Positions 13,329-25,479 of a stretch of DNA of 64,000 nucleotides are shown here, in pieces. How positions within the stretch are numbered: the stretch's first letter is position 1; each line of letters opens with the position of its first letter. The notes below the pieces were generated by a model that was not told where the DNA came from, made no database searches, and was given only the letters and a program-made list of their open reading frames with translations. A program made the position numbers and the translations under genes. This stretch comes from the human T2T-CHM13v2.0 reference genome, Homo sapiens. The stretch lies in the NCBI RefSeq assembly GCF_009914755.1, contig NC_060927.1; one strand, written 5' to 3'.

Positions 13329-15542
13329 ATTGCATTTTTTACATATTGAAGGTTTATGACAAACCTGCATTGAGCAAGCCTATCAGCGCCGTTTTTCCAA
13401 CATCATCTTCTCACTTCATATCTCTGTATCACATTTTGGTAATTCTTGCAATATTTTAAAGTCCTTCATTGTTATTACATCTGTTATAGCAATCTGTGAT
13501 CAATGATCTTAGTTGTTAGTATTGTAATAGTTTTGGAGCACCATGACCCTCATCCATATAAGACGGCAAAGTTACTCAATAAATGTTGGGTGTGTTCTGA
13601 CTGCTCCAGGAAGCAGCCATTTTCTCCATCACCCTCCCACTCCTCAGACCTTAATAATATTTAAATTAGGCCAACTAATAACTATAAAATGGCCTCTAAG
13701 TGTTCAGGTGAAAGGAAGAGTCACACATCTCTTACTTTTAATTAAAAGCTAGAAATGATTAAGCTTAGTGAAGATGGCATGTGAAAAGTCAAGACAGGCC
13801 AAAAGTTGAGCCCCTTGCCCCAAACAGCCAATTTGTGAATGCAAAGGAAAAGTTCTTGAAGGAAATTAGAAGTGCTACCCTAGTGAATTCACGAAAGTGA
13901 AATAACTTTTAGTGGTCTGGATAGAGGATTAAACGAGACACAACATTCCCTTAAGCCAAAGCCGAATCCAGAGCAAGATCCTAACTCTCTCCAGTTCTAT
14001 GAAGGCTGAGAGATGAGGAAGCTGCAGAAGAACAGTTTGAAGCTAGCGGAGGTTGGTTTGTGAGGTTTAAGGAACAAAGCTGCCTTCATAACATAAAAGA
14101 GCAAGATGAAGCAGCAAGTGCTGACAGAGAAACTGCAGCAGGTTATCTAGATCTAGCTAAGATAATTGATGAAGATGTCTACACTAAACAACAGATTTTC
14201 AATGCAGATGATACAACCTTATGTTGGAAGAAGAGGACTTTCATAGCTAGAAAGGAGAAGTCAGTGTCTAGCTTCAAAGCTTCGAAGTGCAGGCTGACTC
14301 TCTTAATGAGCTGATGCAGCAGGTGACTTTAAGTTGAAACCAATGCTCATTTCCTATTCAAAAAAAATCCTAGGGCCCTTCAGAATTAAGTGAAATCTGC
14401 TCTGCCTGTGCTCTATAAATGGAACAACAGCTAGATGACAGTACATCTGTTTACTGAATATTGTTTTACTGAATATTTTAAGCCTATTTTGATATCTATT
14501 ACTCAGAAAAAAAAGATTTCTTTCAAAATATTATTGCTTATTGACAATGCACCTAGTCACCCGGGAGCTCTGATGGAGATGCACAAGGAGATGAATTCAT
14601 GTTGTTTTCATGCCTGCTGACAAAACATCCATTCTGCAGCCCCTGGACCAAGGAGTAATTTCAACTTTCAAGTCTTATTATTTCAGACATACATTTTGTA
14701 GGACCATAGCTGCCATAGACGGTGATTCCTCTGATGGATTTGGACAAAGTAAATTGAAAACCTCCTAGAAAGGATTCACCGTTCTAGATGTCATTAAGAA
14801 CATTCGTGATTCGTGGGAGGAGGTCAAAATATCAACATTAAGAAGAGTTCGGAAGACGTTGATTCCAACCCTCATGGATGATTTTGCAGGGACTCAAGCC
14901 TTCAATGGAGGAAGTCACTGCAGATGTGGAGGAAATGGAGAAATAGAAGTAGACCCTGAAGATGTGACTGAATTGCTACAATCTCATGATTGAACTTGAA
15001 TAGATAAGAAGTAGCTTCTTATGGATGAGCAAAGAAAGTGGTTTCTTGAAACAGAATCTCCTCCAATTTTGAAAAAGTTCTACTGTGGGTAAAATGCTAT
15101 CCAACAGCATTGCATGCTACAGAGAAACCTTTTATGAAAGGAAGAATCAATCAATGTGGCAAACTTCATAGTTGTCTTATTTTAAGAAATTGCTACAGCC
15201 ATGCCAACCTCAGCAACCACCACCCTGATCGTCAGCAGCCATCAACATTGAGGCAAGACCTTCCACCAGCAAAAGATTATGACTCGTTGGAGTCTCAGAT
15301 GATCATTAGCATTTTTATCCATAAAGCATTTTACAATTAAGGTTATACATTGTTATTAGGTTGGTGCAAAAGTAATTCCGGTTTTTATCATTACTTTTAA
15401 TGGTGCCAACCTATAATATTTTAGACATAATACTATTGCACATTTAATAAACTACACTATGGTGTAAACATAACTGCATTGTGCTGTTCGCTTTATTGCA
15501 GTGGTCTGGAACTGAACCTGCAGTATCTCTGAAGTATGCCTG
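13329..15542 (+). mobile_element. Tigger1 DNA transposon (TcMar-Tigger), near full length, left TIR lost, transposase inactivated
   Basis: Starts ATTGCATTTTTTACATATTGAAGG; ends with right TIR ...CTCTGAAGTATGCCTG. ORF remnants QQIFNADDT and [13 protein letters not shown] are pogo DDE motifs, broken by stops and frameshifts. Confidence 0.93.
15356..15413. mobile_element. MADE1 (Hsmar1-derived MITE), right arm partly deleted, nested in Tigger1
   Basis: TTAGGTTGGTGCAAAAGTAATTCCGGTTTTT...CCAACCTA with TA flanks. Confidence 0.85.
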
Positions 15543-15966
15543 TTGTAATGATTTATACTGTCCCTAGCAATGTTTGAGAGTTTTTAATTGCTCCACATTC
15601 TCCTTCTCATTAGTCATTTTAGTATCAACCATTCTGGTAGGGATATAGTGGTAACTCATTTTAGTTTTCATTTATATTTGCCTAATGACTAATGATGTTG
15701 AGTACTGTTTTTTAATGCTTATTGGCCATTTGGATATTCTGTATATGACATGCCTGTTCAAATTTTTGGCACCCCTTTTTCCCCCATGGAGCTGATTGTC
15801 TTTAAAAAAAAATGATTTGAACTTTTTAACATATTCTGGATAAAATCTGTGAATACATACTGTGAATATGCCAGTCTGTGGCTTGCCTCCTCACTCTCCT
15901 AATTAATAGTGTCTTTTGATGCAGAAAAAAACTATTTATTTTAATGAAGTTTAATTTAGCAGTCTT

Positions 15967-16248
15967 TTCTTTCTGTTTCCTTTTTTTTTTTTTTGGTACA
16001 GAGTTTCTCTGTGTCGCCCAGGCTCGATTGCAGTGACGCCATCTGGGCTCACTACAACCTCTGCCTCCTGGGTTCAAGTGATTTTCATGCCTCAGCCTTC
16101 GGTGTAGCTGGGACTACAGGCACCCGCCACCATGCCTAGCTAATTTTTGTATTTTTAGTAGAGGCTGGTTGTGAACTCCTGACCTCAGGTGATCCGCCTC
16201 GGTTTCCCAAAGTGCTGGAATTACAGGCGTGAGCCACCGTGCTTGACC
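15967..16248 (-). mobile_element. AluS with small internal deletions
   Basis: Alu body; left arm shortened at GTAGAGGCTGGTTGTGAACTCC. Confidence 0.88.
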
Positions 16249-16569
16249 AAATTTAGCAATCTTTTCTGATTAGTGCTTTTTGTGTCCTATTTAAGAAACC
16301 TTTGCCTACAGCAGGGTCATAAAGCTGTTTGCCTGTGTTTTCTTCCATAAGCACTATCATTTTACTTTTTACACTTATGTCTATGATTTGCCTCAATTTA
16401 ATTTTTATTTATGGTGCTAGGGGGTGGACAAAGTTCATATTTTTCCCATTGGTCTATCGTAATTTTTGAAAGATTATAATTTTCCCATTGACTATATATA
16501 TGCTGGCCTATTTCTGGACTCTCTATTATCTTTTTTGGTCTCTTTATTCTGTGTCAATAGTACACTCGC

Positions 16570-16870
16570 TTTGTTTGTTTGTTTGAGACAGGGTCCCACT
16601 CTGTCACGCAGGCTGGAGTGCAGTGGTGTGTGATCTTGGCTCACTGCACCATCTGCCTCCCTGGCTCAAGCAATCCTCCTGCCTCAGCCCCTGGAATAGC
16701 TGGTATTACAGATCTGTGCCACCATGCTCAGCTAATTTATATGTGTTTTTTGTTGAGATGGGGTTTTGCCATGTTTTCTAGGCTGGCCTCAAACTCCTGC
16801 ACTCAAGCGATCTGCCTGCCTTGGCCTCCCAAAGTGCTGGGATTACAGGTGTGGGCCACCACACTTGGCC
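16570..16870 (-). mobile_element. AluJ
   Basis: (TTTG)n tail; GGCTCAAGCAATCCTCCTGCC; ends CACTTGGCC. Confidence 0.88.
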
Positions 16871-18225
16871 CACACTCTCTTAATTACAGAAGCTTTATAA
16901 GTCTTGATATTATAGGTCCTCCAAATTTGCTATTCCTCAAGATTATCTTAGATATTCTAGGTCATTTTCATTTTGATGTAAAATTTTGGAATCATTTTGT
17001 TAATTTTGATGTAAACTTATTAGGATTGAATTTACAGATCAGTTTGACAGACAATTGATATCTTTTTAATACGGAGTCTTCCTATCCATACATTTGCTAT
17101 ATAATTTCTTTATTTAGACCTTCTTTAATTTGTCAGAAAGCTTTTTTAATTTTCAGTGTAGAGATCTTGAACATATTTCACTATTTCTGAATATTTGATG
17201 TTGTTAATATTATTGTAATGAACTTTTTACATTTTATTTTCAAATTTTTATTGCTAGTATATAGAAATACAATAGATTTTATATATTGACTTTGTATCCA
17301 GTGACCTTGATAACTTCATTTATTTTTTCTATTAGCTTATAGGTAATTTTGCATTTTTATGTAGAAAATAATATTTATATGAATAATGATATATTTATTT
17401 TTCCTTACTGACTTCTATATCTTTTATTTCTTGTTCTTACTTTTACATTGACTAAGCTCTTCAGTAAAACCTTGAGTAGAAGTGATACTGGATTCTTGTC
17501 TTAGCCCCAAACTCAAGAGAAAGAGTTCAGTATTTTACCAATAAGTGTAATGCTAGCTGTAGGTTCTTTATAGAAACTCTATAGCAGATTAAGCTGGTGC
17601 CCTCTTGTTTTTAGTCTGATGAGAATTTTTTCTTTTTTATTGTGAATGAGTTTTGAATTTTATCAAAATCTATTAAAAGGGTATTTTTCTCTTTTATTCT
17701 ATTAATATGGTGAATTACATTGATGATACTTTTATTCTTGGAATAAACTCTGCTTGTTAATGATTATATTACAATATATATCATGTCTACATATATGTGT
17801 GTGTATACATATTGCTGGATTTATTTGTTCATATTTTGTTTTAAGACTTTTGTGTCTATGTTCCTGAGAGATAAGGACTTATAATTTTTCCTCCTTGTAA
17901 TGTTATTGTTAGGTTTTGGTATCAGGGCCTCATCAAATGAATTGGGAAGTGTTCCTACTTTTCTTTAGTCCTCTGATAAGGTTTGTATTTTTTTTTCTTA
18001 AATATTTGGGAGAATTAACCAGAGAAGCCACCTGGGACTAGAGTTTTCTTTGTGGGAAAGCTTTTAATTATGAATTCAATATCTTTAATTATATTCAAAT
18101 TTTCTATTATTCTTTTGCTACTTTTGGTAAGTTGTGTTTTTCAAAGAATTTGTTCATTTCACCTAAACATCAAATTTATTGGCATGAAGTTGTTCATAAT
18201 ATCTTTTTATGTTTTTAATGTCTGT

Positions 18226-18625
18226 TGTAATCACTCTGCCAGGTGGGATGGCACCGTCTACCCACCCATGTATCCAAAATTGGATTGGGTATCAAAAGTG
18301 ATGGTGCCACACATGTACAAAGAGGATATGAGGGAATTTTTACTTAAATATTCTTTCTGGGGAGGGCAGGGCAGGCACCCAAGCCAGTCTGAAAGTAGGT
18401 TAAGAGAACAAGGTGGCTTGAAGTTTAATTGTGGTTATGGGGTGAGGGTTCCCAGTGTGCCTGCAGGGGCTTACATGGTTTGAACTTGCTGCTAGCACCA
18501 ACGGAGGAAGCCCACAGGCGTTCTAATAGGCTTGTCCAGGTGTGGGCAAGAGGGTAAGAGGGAAGGAGAGGTGGGAATCAAAAATGTTGGCTCTCAAACG
18601 TCAATAGTGGAGTTAGACTATTGCA
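18226..18625 (-). mobile_element. Old solo ERVL-class LTR (subfamily uncertain)
   Basis: TG...CA termini; GC-richer block inside AT-rich L1; GATGGTGCCACACATG...TTTCTGGGGAGGGCAGGGCAGGC...CAATAGTGGAGTTAGAC resembles ERVL MER LTRs. Confidence 0.55.
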
Positions 18626-19243
18626 GTGTCTGTAAGATCTGTAGTGGTGAGGAGATAATAAATCTTTATATTCACGGAAATAATACTTACCTAGTTGCCT
18701 GCACTTGGAACACAAGATAAATAGGTATGAAAATGAGATACTAATAACTCTTTGGGCTTGGCAAGCGAATTAGTCTTTACATGTGATATATCTTTTCTGG
18801 TTATGCTGTGACTGTTTTGCAAGTGAGAACTAGCGTTAGAATTCCAGAAAAAATACAATTATTTATACTCTTCAGTTATAAATAAGTAATAAGCTTAAAT
18901 AATATGTTTTATCTGAATTCTTTTTATTGCTTGAAAAGGTGGAGAGAGAAATTTTGTATTTTCTTTGATAAGAAGCTTATAAATGGTAAATGGCTTGCCC
19001 ACAGTACAGCCTTCTGAAACAGTAATTTTAGACATAAGATTTTGAAACACAATGTCAGAAATGTATTTAAAACATTTAAATAATAATTTAATTATTTTAA
19101 CATTAATTACACATGTATATAGTGGATTGGGGTGAAAAAATTTCATGCTAGCTGTGAGATAATGGTCATGTGCCTTGGGATCTGAATTTTCTCTTGTTTG
19201 TCATCAGGAAAAAAGTTTAAGAGCAACTGCATAAGGGATGCAA

Positions 19244-19495
19244 TTTTTTTTTTTTTTTGACGGAGTCTTTTACGCTGTCTCTTGGGCTGGAGTGCAATGG
19301 TGCAATCTCGGCTCATTACAACTTCTGCTCCACCTCCCAGGTTCAAGTGATTCTCCTGCCTCAGCCTCCCGAGTAGCTGGGATTACAGGCGCCCGCCACC
19401 AAGCTCGGCTAATTTTTGTATTTTTAGTAGAGACAGGGTTTCACCATATTGGTCAGGCTGGTCTTGAACTCCTGACGTTGTGATCCGCCCACCTT
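19244..19495 (-). mobile_element. AluS, 5'-truncated
   Basis: Poly-T, then Alu body ending at GATCCGCCCACCTT. Confidence 0.9.
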
Positions 19496-21583
19496 CGCAA
19501 CTCTTAATCAAACAAGGTCCCAATCTTCCAGGAACAAAAAAGTGCCCAGGAGGCAGTAAAGAATAGTGGGATTAGCAGGCCCTAATTCATCCCCCTATAA
19601 TTTGCTGTCTTTTCCTTAGAGTTCTCCAGTTTGCTCCTCCTTGCCAGTGTGTCTGATCTTTGGTTGACTCAGATATAATTCCTCTCTAGCCAAGGGAAGG
19701 ACAAAAATCAATTTTCCTCTTTCCCCAAGTCCATAAGTGATGGAGTCTGTATTTTTAGCCTCAGTTTATCCATCTATAAAAGGGAGAATATAATAAAACG
19801 GAAAATGTAATAGCTACTTCATGGGGCTGTTATAAATATTTAAAAAAATTAAATGTACATGAAAATACCTTGCACTATACTTGGTACATTGTGGATGCTC
19901 AGTAAATGTGGTACATTGTGGATGCTCAGTAAATGTATCAGTTGCTAGTTGAATCCATCTGTTCTGAAAGTGGATATGACTGATATATCCAGTGGGCTTC
20001 CTTTAATCTAGGGTGACCAACTGTCCTGGTTTGCTCAGTACTGTTCCAGTTTAGCATTGAAAGTTCCACGTCCCAGGAACCCCTGCTTGGGACATGAAAA
20101 GTTCCAGTTTTTGGTGCTGGTTGGGGAAGACTGGGGGAAAAGTACATAAACCACATTGCTGCCCAAAAAATAGGGGCTGAAAGCAATACTAGTTTTAGTG
20201 TCAAATGGATAAGGTATAGATTATCTGCCTTTTGTAGTTGCTCTTGCTTATTTTTCCCTTGACCACTGATGTTGACAACCATGATTTGTGGTTCACAATA
20301 ATGGAATATTCATTATAGCTTCACTCCAAGTGATGTGATTTAAGGGTCCATCTTAAGTGTGTTGTAATTGTGAGTGTTAACAGTCTGTTTTTTATTTTGA
20401 CTGTGGATCAGCTGTTGAACTTTGTATTGAGATAGTGCTGGATTAATTTTTAACATTGTGAATATTATGACTATGTTTTCTAAGAGTTCAGATATTGAAA
20501 ATAAGAACTATTATTATACTATTGCCAGCATGACCCAGATATCACTGCAAAGAAAAGACTAAATAACTTATTTTAATGATAGATGGAAAGACACATCCAG
20601 CCAGATCAGGGAGGTGAATAACGGAAACAAAGTATACTGCACCCTATTATGAAAAGAATTTGGGATTGGGCATGGTGGAGAAGGAGATACAAAAATGCAG
20701 ATGAGACTGAATCTCACAAGTCTAGGATAAGAAATTCAAATACTTCTTAATCAATCAAAAGTATCTTATCCCTTCTCTTGCCCAAAAGACATCAATGCTC
20801 AGTGGAACACAGAGGCCACAGAATTAGCTTGGGCTTACCACATGAATGAACAAACATGCATTATTTTATTGTTCCTTTGATTGCTCCATGAAACTGAGTA
20901 AGGTTTTATTTCCTGATTATAGAAGTTGCAACTAAAAAGTCCTGTGGGCAAAAGAGGGGGAAACTGCTGTGTTAGCCCCCTGGCGTGTAGAGCTGATTCT
21001 GTCAGATCTTACCAATGATCATACTTTCTACCGTACATTAAGTGATGTGTCAAATCATAGCAACAAAAAATATTGTCCCTAGCTGTTAGGTACTTTGATT
21101 TGAAAAAGGAGGTTTCAAATCATTTTCTTGATTTCTATTAAGAGCTTAATAAAACTACAGAAAACACAAAAGATAATTGGTATTGTGTTCAAATACAAAC
21201 TGGACTTTACTCAGCAATCTGCCTATTCAGCAGACAGTGCAAATATAAATTTTGGCAAATTCCATTCAGTCTATAAATTTCTTACCAAAAAAAGAAAAAA
21301 AATGAAAACACCTTACCTACTAAATAACCTGCATATCTTATATACAATACTGCTAAAAAGGCATATAATTTGCTTACCTGACATTGAGCCTTTTATAATG
21401 AAAATTTTGGGCCTCTTAAAAATTCCTCAGAACCTGCAGAAGCACTTAATAAGATTTTTGACTCTATAAAAGTAGAAAACACCTCTTTAGACGTGGCTGT
21501 CATTGTTGTCAGCCATAGAAAAGATATTAAAATGTTGGCCTGCCATAAAATCATATTTTCCAAGTGTGGGACAAAAGGATGTC

Positions 21584-22100
21584 TGTTTTAGTAGGCTTGG
21601 GCTGCCTTAACAAAATGCCATAGACTGGATGGCTTAAAAAGAGAAGACTGGAAAGCAAAAGAGAAGCGGATAAGCTATAAGCCTGCCTTTCTTCATGGTC
21701 CAGGACATGTAGCCCTCTTGTGCCCAAGGATCACCAGACACCTGCAAGTTAGCTCACTGCAACCTTGGTGTTAATCAGTACTGCACAAAGCCCTCTTCAG
21801 CATAAACACTATTCTATAAAATCTCCAGCAAGCCCTTTTTCTTTGCAGTCATCTCTTCTCATGTTGATTTGCTCATTGCTTTCTTGGAATGTATTTTTAT
21901 ACTTTGTCTAACAAATCTGCCTTTCTTTATTTACAACTGTCTTGGTGAATTCTTTTCCCCCTCCATGCCACGGGCCCAGCTAGTCATTGCCCACCCATGA
22001 CACAAGAGAAATTTATTTTCTCATGGTTTTGGAGACTGGAAGTCCAAAATCAAGGTGACAGCAGGGTTAGTGTCTTGGTGAGGGCTCCCCGGGGTTGCAG
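21584..22100 (-). mobile_element. MLT1 LTR fragment split by an LTR47-like insertion
   Basis: GGGCTGCCTTAACAAAATGCCATAGACTGGATGGCTTAAA resumes after 22002 as AGAAATTTATTTTCTCATGGTTTTGGAGACTGGAAGTCC. Confidence 0.7.
21648..22002 (+). mobile_element. Solo ERVL LTR (LTR47-like)
   Basis: GATAAGCTATAAGCCTGCCTTTCTTCATGGTCCAGGAC...GTTAGCTCACTGCAACCTTGG, TATAAAA box, ends CCCATGACA. Confidence 0.65.
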
Positions 22101-22632
22101 TCCATAACAATGTTCTTCTTCAATTTGGAAATATATTGAGGTTGAGAATGGAGAAAAGATTATAGTTAACACATTTCTATGCTGTTTCTCCAAAACTGTT
22201 TGATGCTCTTTGAAGAGGCCAACAAGGAGCCTGACAAAGGATGAACTGACTACACCTGAGTCGTTCGATGGTTATGCATAGGTTGTTTCAAAAACTTATG
22301 CAGCAAAAAATGACTTGAGTTTTAGCAGATGATTTCAGAATTTCAAAAACTGTCACCAGGAAAGGGCAGCCAAGATAAACAGGATTTTTTTTCAATTTCT
22401 TTATTAAAGACTGTAACTTATTTAGAATACAACTTTAATTTCAAAAGATCAAATTACCTTTGTGCTTGTTCTTCACATGATGCATCATCAGAATGCAAAG
22501 CCAAGCAATACTGCACAAGCACACACAATGCTTCTGTTTGCTCACGTCTTATTGGTCAGAGTTAGTCCATGGCCAATCCCAACAACAGTGCAGTAAAGAT
22601 ATATGTTCTGCTCACAGCAGGGGGAAGGGGAG

Positions 22633-24894
22633 TAAAAAGGTTTGGCTGTGTCCCCACCCAAATCTCATCTTCAATTCCCACATGTTGTGGGAGGGACCCT
22701 GTGGAAGATAATTGAATCATGAAGGCAGGTCGTTCCCATGCTGTCCTCCTGATAGTGAATAGTCTCACGAGATCTGATGGTTTTATCAGGGGGTTCCACT
22801 TTTGCATCCTTCTCATTTTCTCCTGCCGACATCATGTAAGAAGTGCCTTTCGCCTCCCACCATAATTCTGAGGCCTTCCCAGGCATGTGGAACTGTAAGT
22901 CCAATTAAACCTCTTTTTCTTCCCAGTCTTGGGTATGTCTTTATCAACAGCGTGAAAATGGACTAATACATTAAATTGGTACCAGTAGTGTGGGGTGCTG
23001 CTGAAAAGATACCTGAAAATGTGGAAGTGGCTTTGGACCTGGGTAACAGGAAGAGGTTGGAACAGTTTAGAGGGCTCAGAAGAAGATAGGAAAATGTGGG
23101 AAAGTTTGGAACTTCCTAGAGATTTGTTGAATGGCTTTGCCCAAAATGCTGATAGAGATATGAACAATAAGGTCCAGGCTGAGGTGGTCTCAGATGGAGA
23201 TGAGGAACTTCTTGGGAACTGGAGCAAAGGTAACTTTTGTTATGTTTTAGCAAAGAGACTGGCAGCATTTTGCCCCTGCCCTAGAGATATGTGGAACTTT
23301 GAACTTGAGAGAGATGATTTAGGGTATCTGGCAGAAGAAATTTCTAAGCAGCAAAGCATTCAAGAGGTGACTTGGGTGCTATTAAAGGCAGTTTCATAAG
23401 GGATGCAGAGCATAAAAGTTTGGAAAATTTGCAGCCTGATAATGGGAGAGAAAAGAAAATCCCATTTTCTGAGGAAAAGTCAAGCCAGCTGCAGAAATTT
23501 GCACAAGCAATGAGGAGCTGAATGTTAATCCCCAAGACAATGAAGAAAATGTCACCAGGGCATGTCAGAGGTCTTCACAGCAACCCCTCCCATCACAGGC
23601 CCAGAGGCTTAGGAGGAAAAAGTGGTTTTGTGGGCTGGGCTCAGGGTTCCCATACTGTGTGCAGCCTAGGGACTCGGTGCACTGCATCCCAGCTGTTCCA
23701 GCCATGGCTGAAAGGGTCCAATATAGAGCTTGGGCTGTGGCATCAGTGGGTGCAAGCCCCAAGCCTTGGCAGCTTCTACGTGGTGTTGAGCCTGCAAGTA
23801 CACAGAAGTCACAAATTGGTGTTCAGGAACCTCCTCCTAGATTTCAGAGGATGTATGGAAATGCCTGGATGTCCAGGCAGAAGTTTGCTGCAGGAGTGGG
23901 GCCCTCTTTGAGAATCTCTGCCAGGGCAGTGTGGAAGGGAAATGTGGGGTGTGAACCCCCACCCAGAACCCCTACTAGGGCACTGCCTAATGGAGCTGTG
24001 AGAAGAGGGCCACAATCCTCCAGATCCCAGAATGGTAGATTCACCAATAGCTTGCATTGTGAACCTGGAAAAGCTGCAGACCACCCAATGCCAGCCTGTG
24101 AAAGTGGCCAGGAGGTGGGCTATACCCTGCAAAGCCACAGGGATGGAGCTGCCCAAGGCCACGGGAGCCCACCTCTTGCGTCAACATGACCTGGATGTGA
24201 GACATGGAGTCAAGGAGATAATTTTGGAACTTTAAGATTTGACTTCCTTGCTGGATTTCAGATTTACATGGGGCCTGTAGCCCCTTTGTTTTGGCCAATT
24301 TCTCCCATTTGGAATGGCTGTATTTACCCAATTCCTGTACCCCCATTGTATCTAGGAAATAACTAACTTGCTTTTGATTTTACAGGCTCATAGGCAGAAG
24401 GGACTTGTTTTGTCTCAGATGAGACATTGGACTGTGGACTTTTGAGTTAATGCTGAAATGAGTTAACACTTTGGGGGGACTGTTGAAAAGGCATGATTGG
24501 TTTTGAAATGTAAGGACATGACATTTGGGAGGGGCCAGGGCAGAATAATATGGTTTGGCTGTGTCCCCACCCAAATCTCATCTTGAATTCCCACATGTTG
24601 TGGGAGGGACCCTATGGGAGGTAATTGAATCATGGGAACAGATATTTCCCATGCTGTTTTCATGATAGTGAATAAGTCTCATGAGATCTGATGGCTTTGT
24701 AAGGCGGAGTTTCCCTGCACAAGCTCTCTCTCTCTTTGCCTGCTGCCATCCATGTAAGACGTGACTTGCTCTTCCTTGCCTTCTGCCACGATTGTGAGGC
24801 CATGTGGAATTCTAGGTCCATTAAACCTCTTTCTTTGGTAAATTGCCCAGTCTTGGGTATGTCTTTATCAACAGCATGAAAACAGACTAATATA
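22633..24894 (+). mobile_element. Full-length THE1 MaLR element (LTR-internal-LTR)
   Basis: 5' LTR 22633-22970, internal region with decayed MaLR ORF (ORFs 22995-24189), 3' LTR ~24546-24894; TSD GGGAG at 22628-22632 and 24895-24899. Confidence 0.95.
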
Positions 24895-25479
24895 GGGAGT
24901 AAATATTTGCTGAACAATAATGTAAGTTACCTCAGCCCCCTTCAAATGCTTCTGTGGGCCCCACCAATGACTTCCATTTGCTTCTTATTGGCTGTTCGTT
25001 TTTGCAAGGGAGGTTGTGAAATATATAATTTTTTGGCCAAGTATACTGCTTCCCCTTGAAATATACGAGTTAAGTGAATGAAAAAAAAGAATGTAAACTG
25101 GATGCTAACATTCTCTGCTGCAAAAGAAGTTTTTTTCTCATTCGTCATTCTTGGATTCAATAAATGTTTTTGAAAGTTTACCATGAGAAAAGTCCTGACT
25201 TGGATGTTGTAACTTATATGAGCACATTACATGGTTGCAGGAACCAGGGAGTTAGGCTGGGCTGGGATGATGGTTCTTATCTGTCAGATGAGGAACCTGA
25301 ACCAGTGGAGAGGAAGTGGCTTTGCTGAGGACCCATGCTTTGTGAGTGGTAGATTCAGTTTTGAACCTCAGTCTTCTCTGTCTCATTCCTTTATTCAGAA
25401 GCATTTATCAAGTAGCTACTTGGTACCAGGAAGATGGAGACAGAAGGCCCAGAATCGTCTTTTCTTCTAGGAAGTGAGA

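Larger units (their letters stand above)
12650..18220 (-). mobile_element. Old L1M, antisense, hosting Tigger1 and two Alus
   Basis: L1 3'UTR/ORF2 antisense motifs (GAATATACCACA, ATGACTAATGATGTTGAG, TTGACTTTGTATCCAG) continue on both sides of the insertions. Confidence 0.72.
20009..22455 (+). mobile_element. hAT-Blackjack DNA transposon fossil with decayed transposase
   Basis: Left end TAGGGTGACCAACTGTCCTGGTTTGC (MER81/Blackjack-type TIR). Translated remnants SAYSADSANINFGKFHSVYK and TWLSLLSAIEKILKCWPAIKSYF (~21491-21560) match hAT transposase blocks. Confidence 0.72.

Noticed and set aside
14060-15340. Intact or domesticated Tigger transposase (TIGD-like)
   Set aside because: Multiple stops, frameshifts and deletions.
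22562-24917. Dense overlapping ORFs (up to 176 aa)
   Set aside because: All lie within THE1 LTR or internal sequence and are broken by frameshifts and stops.
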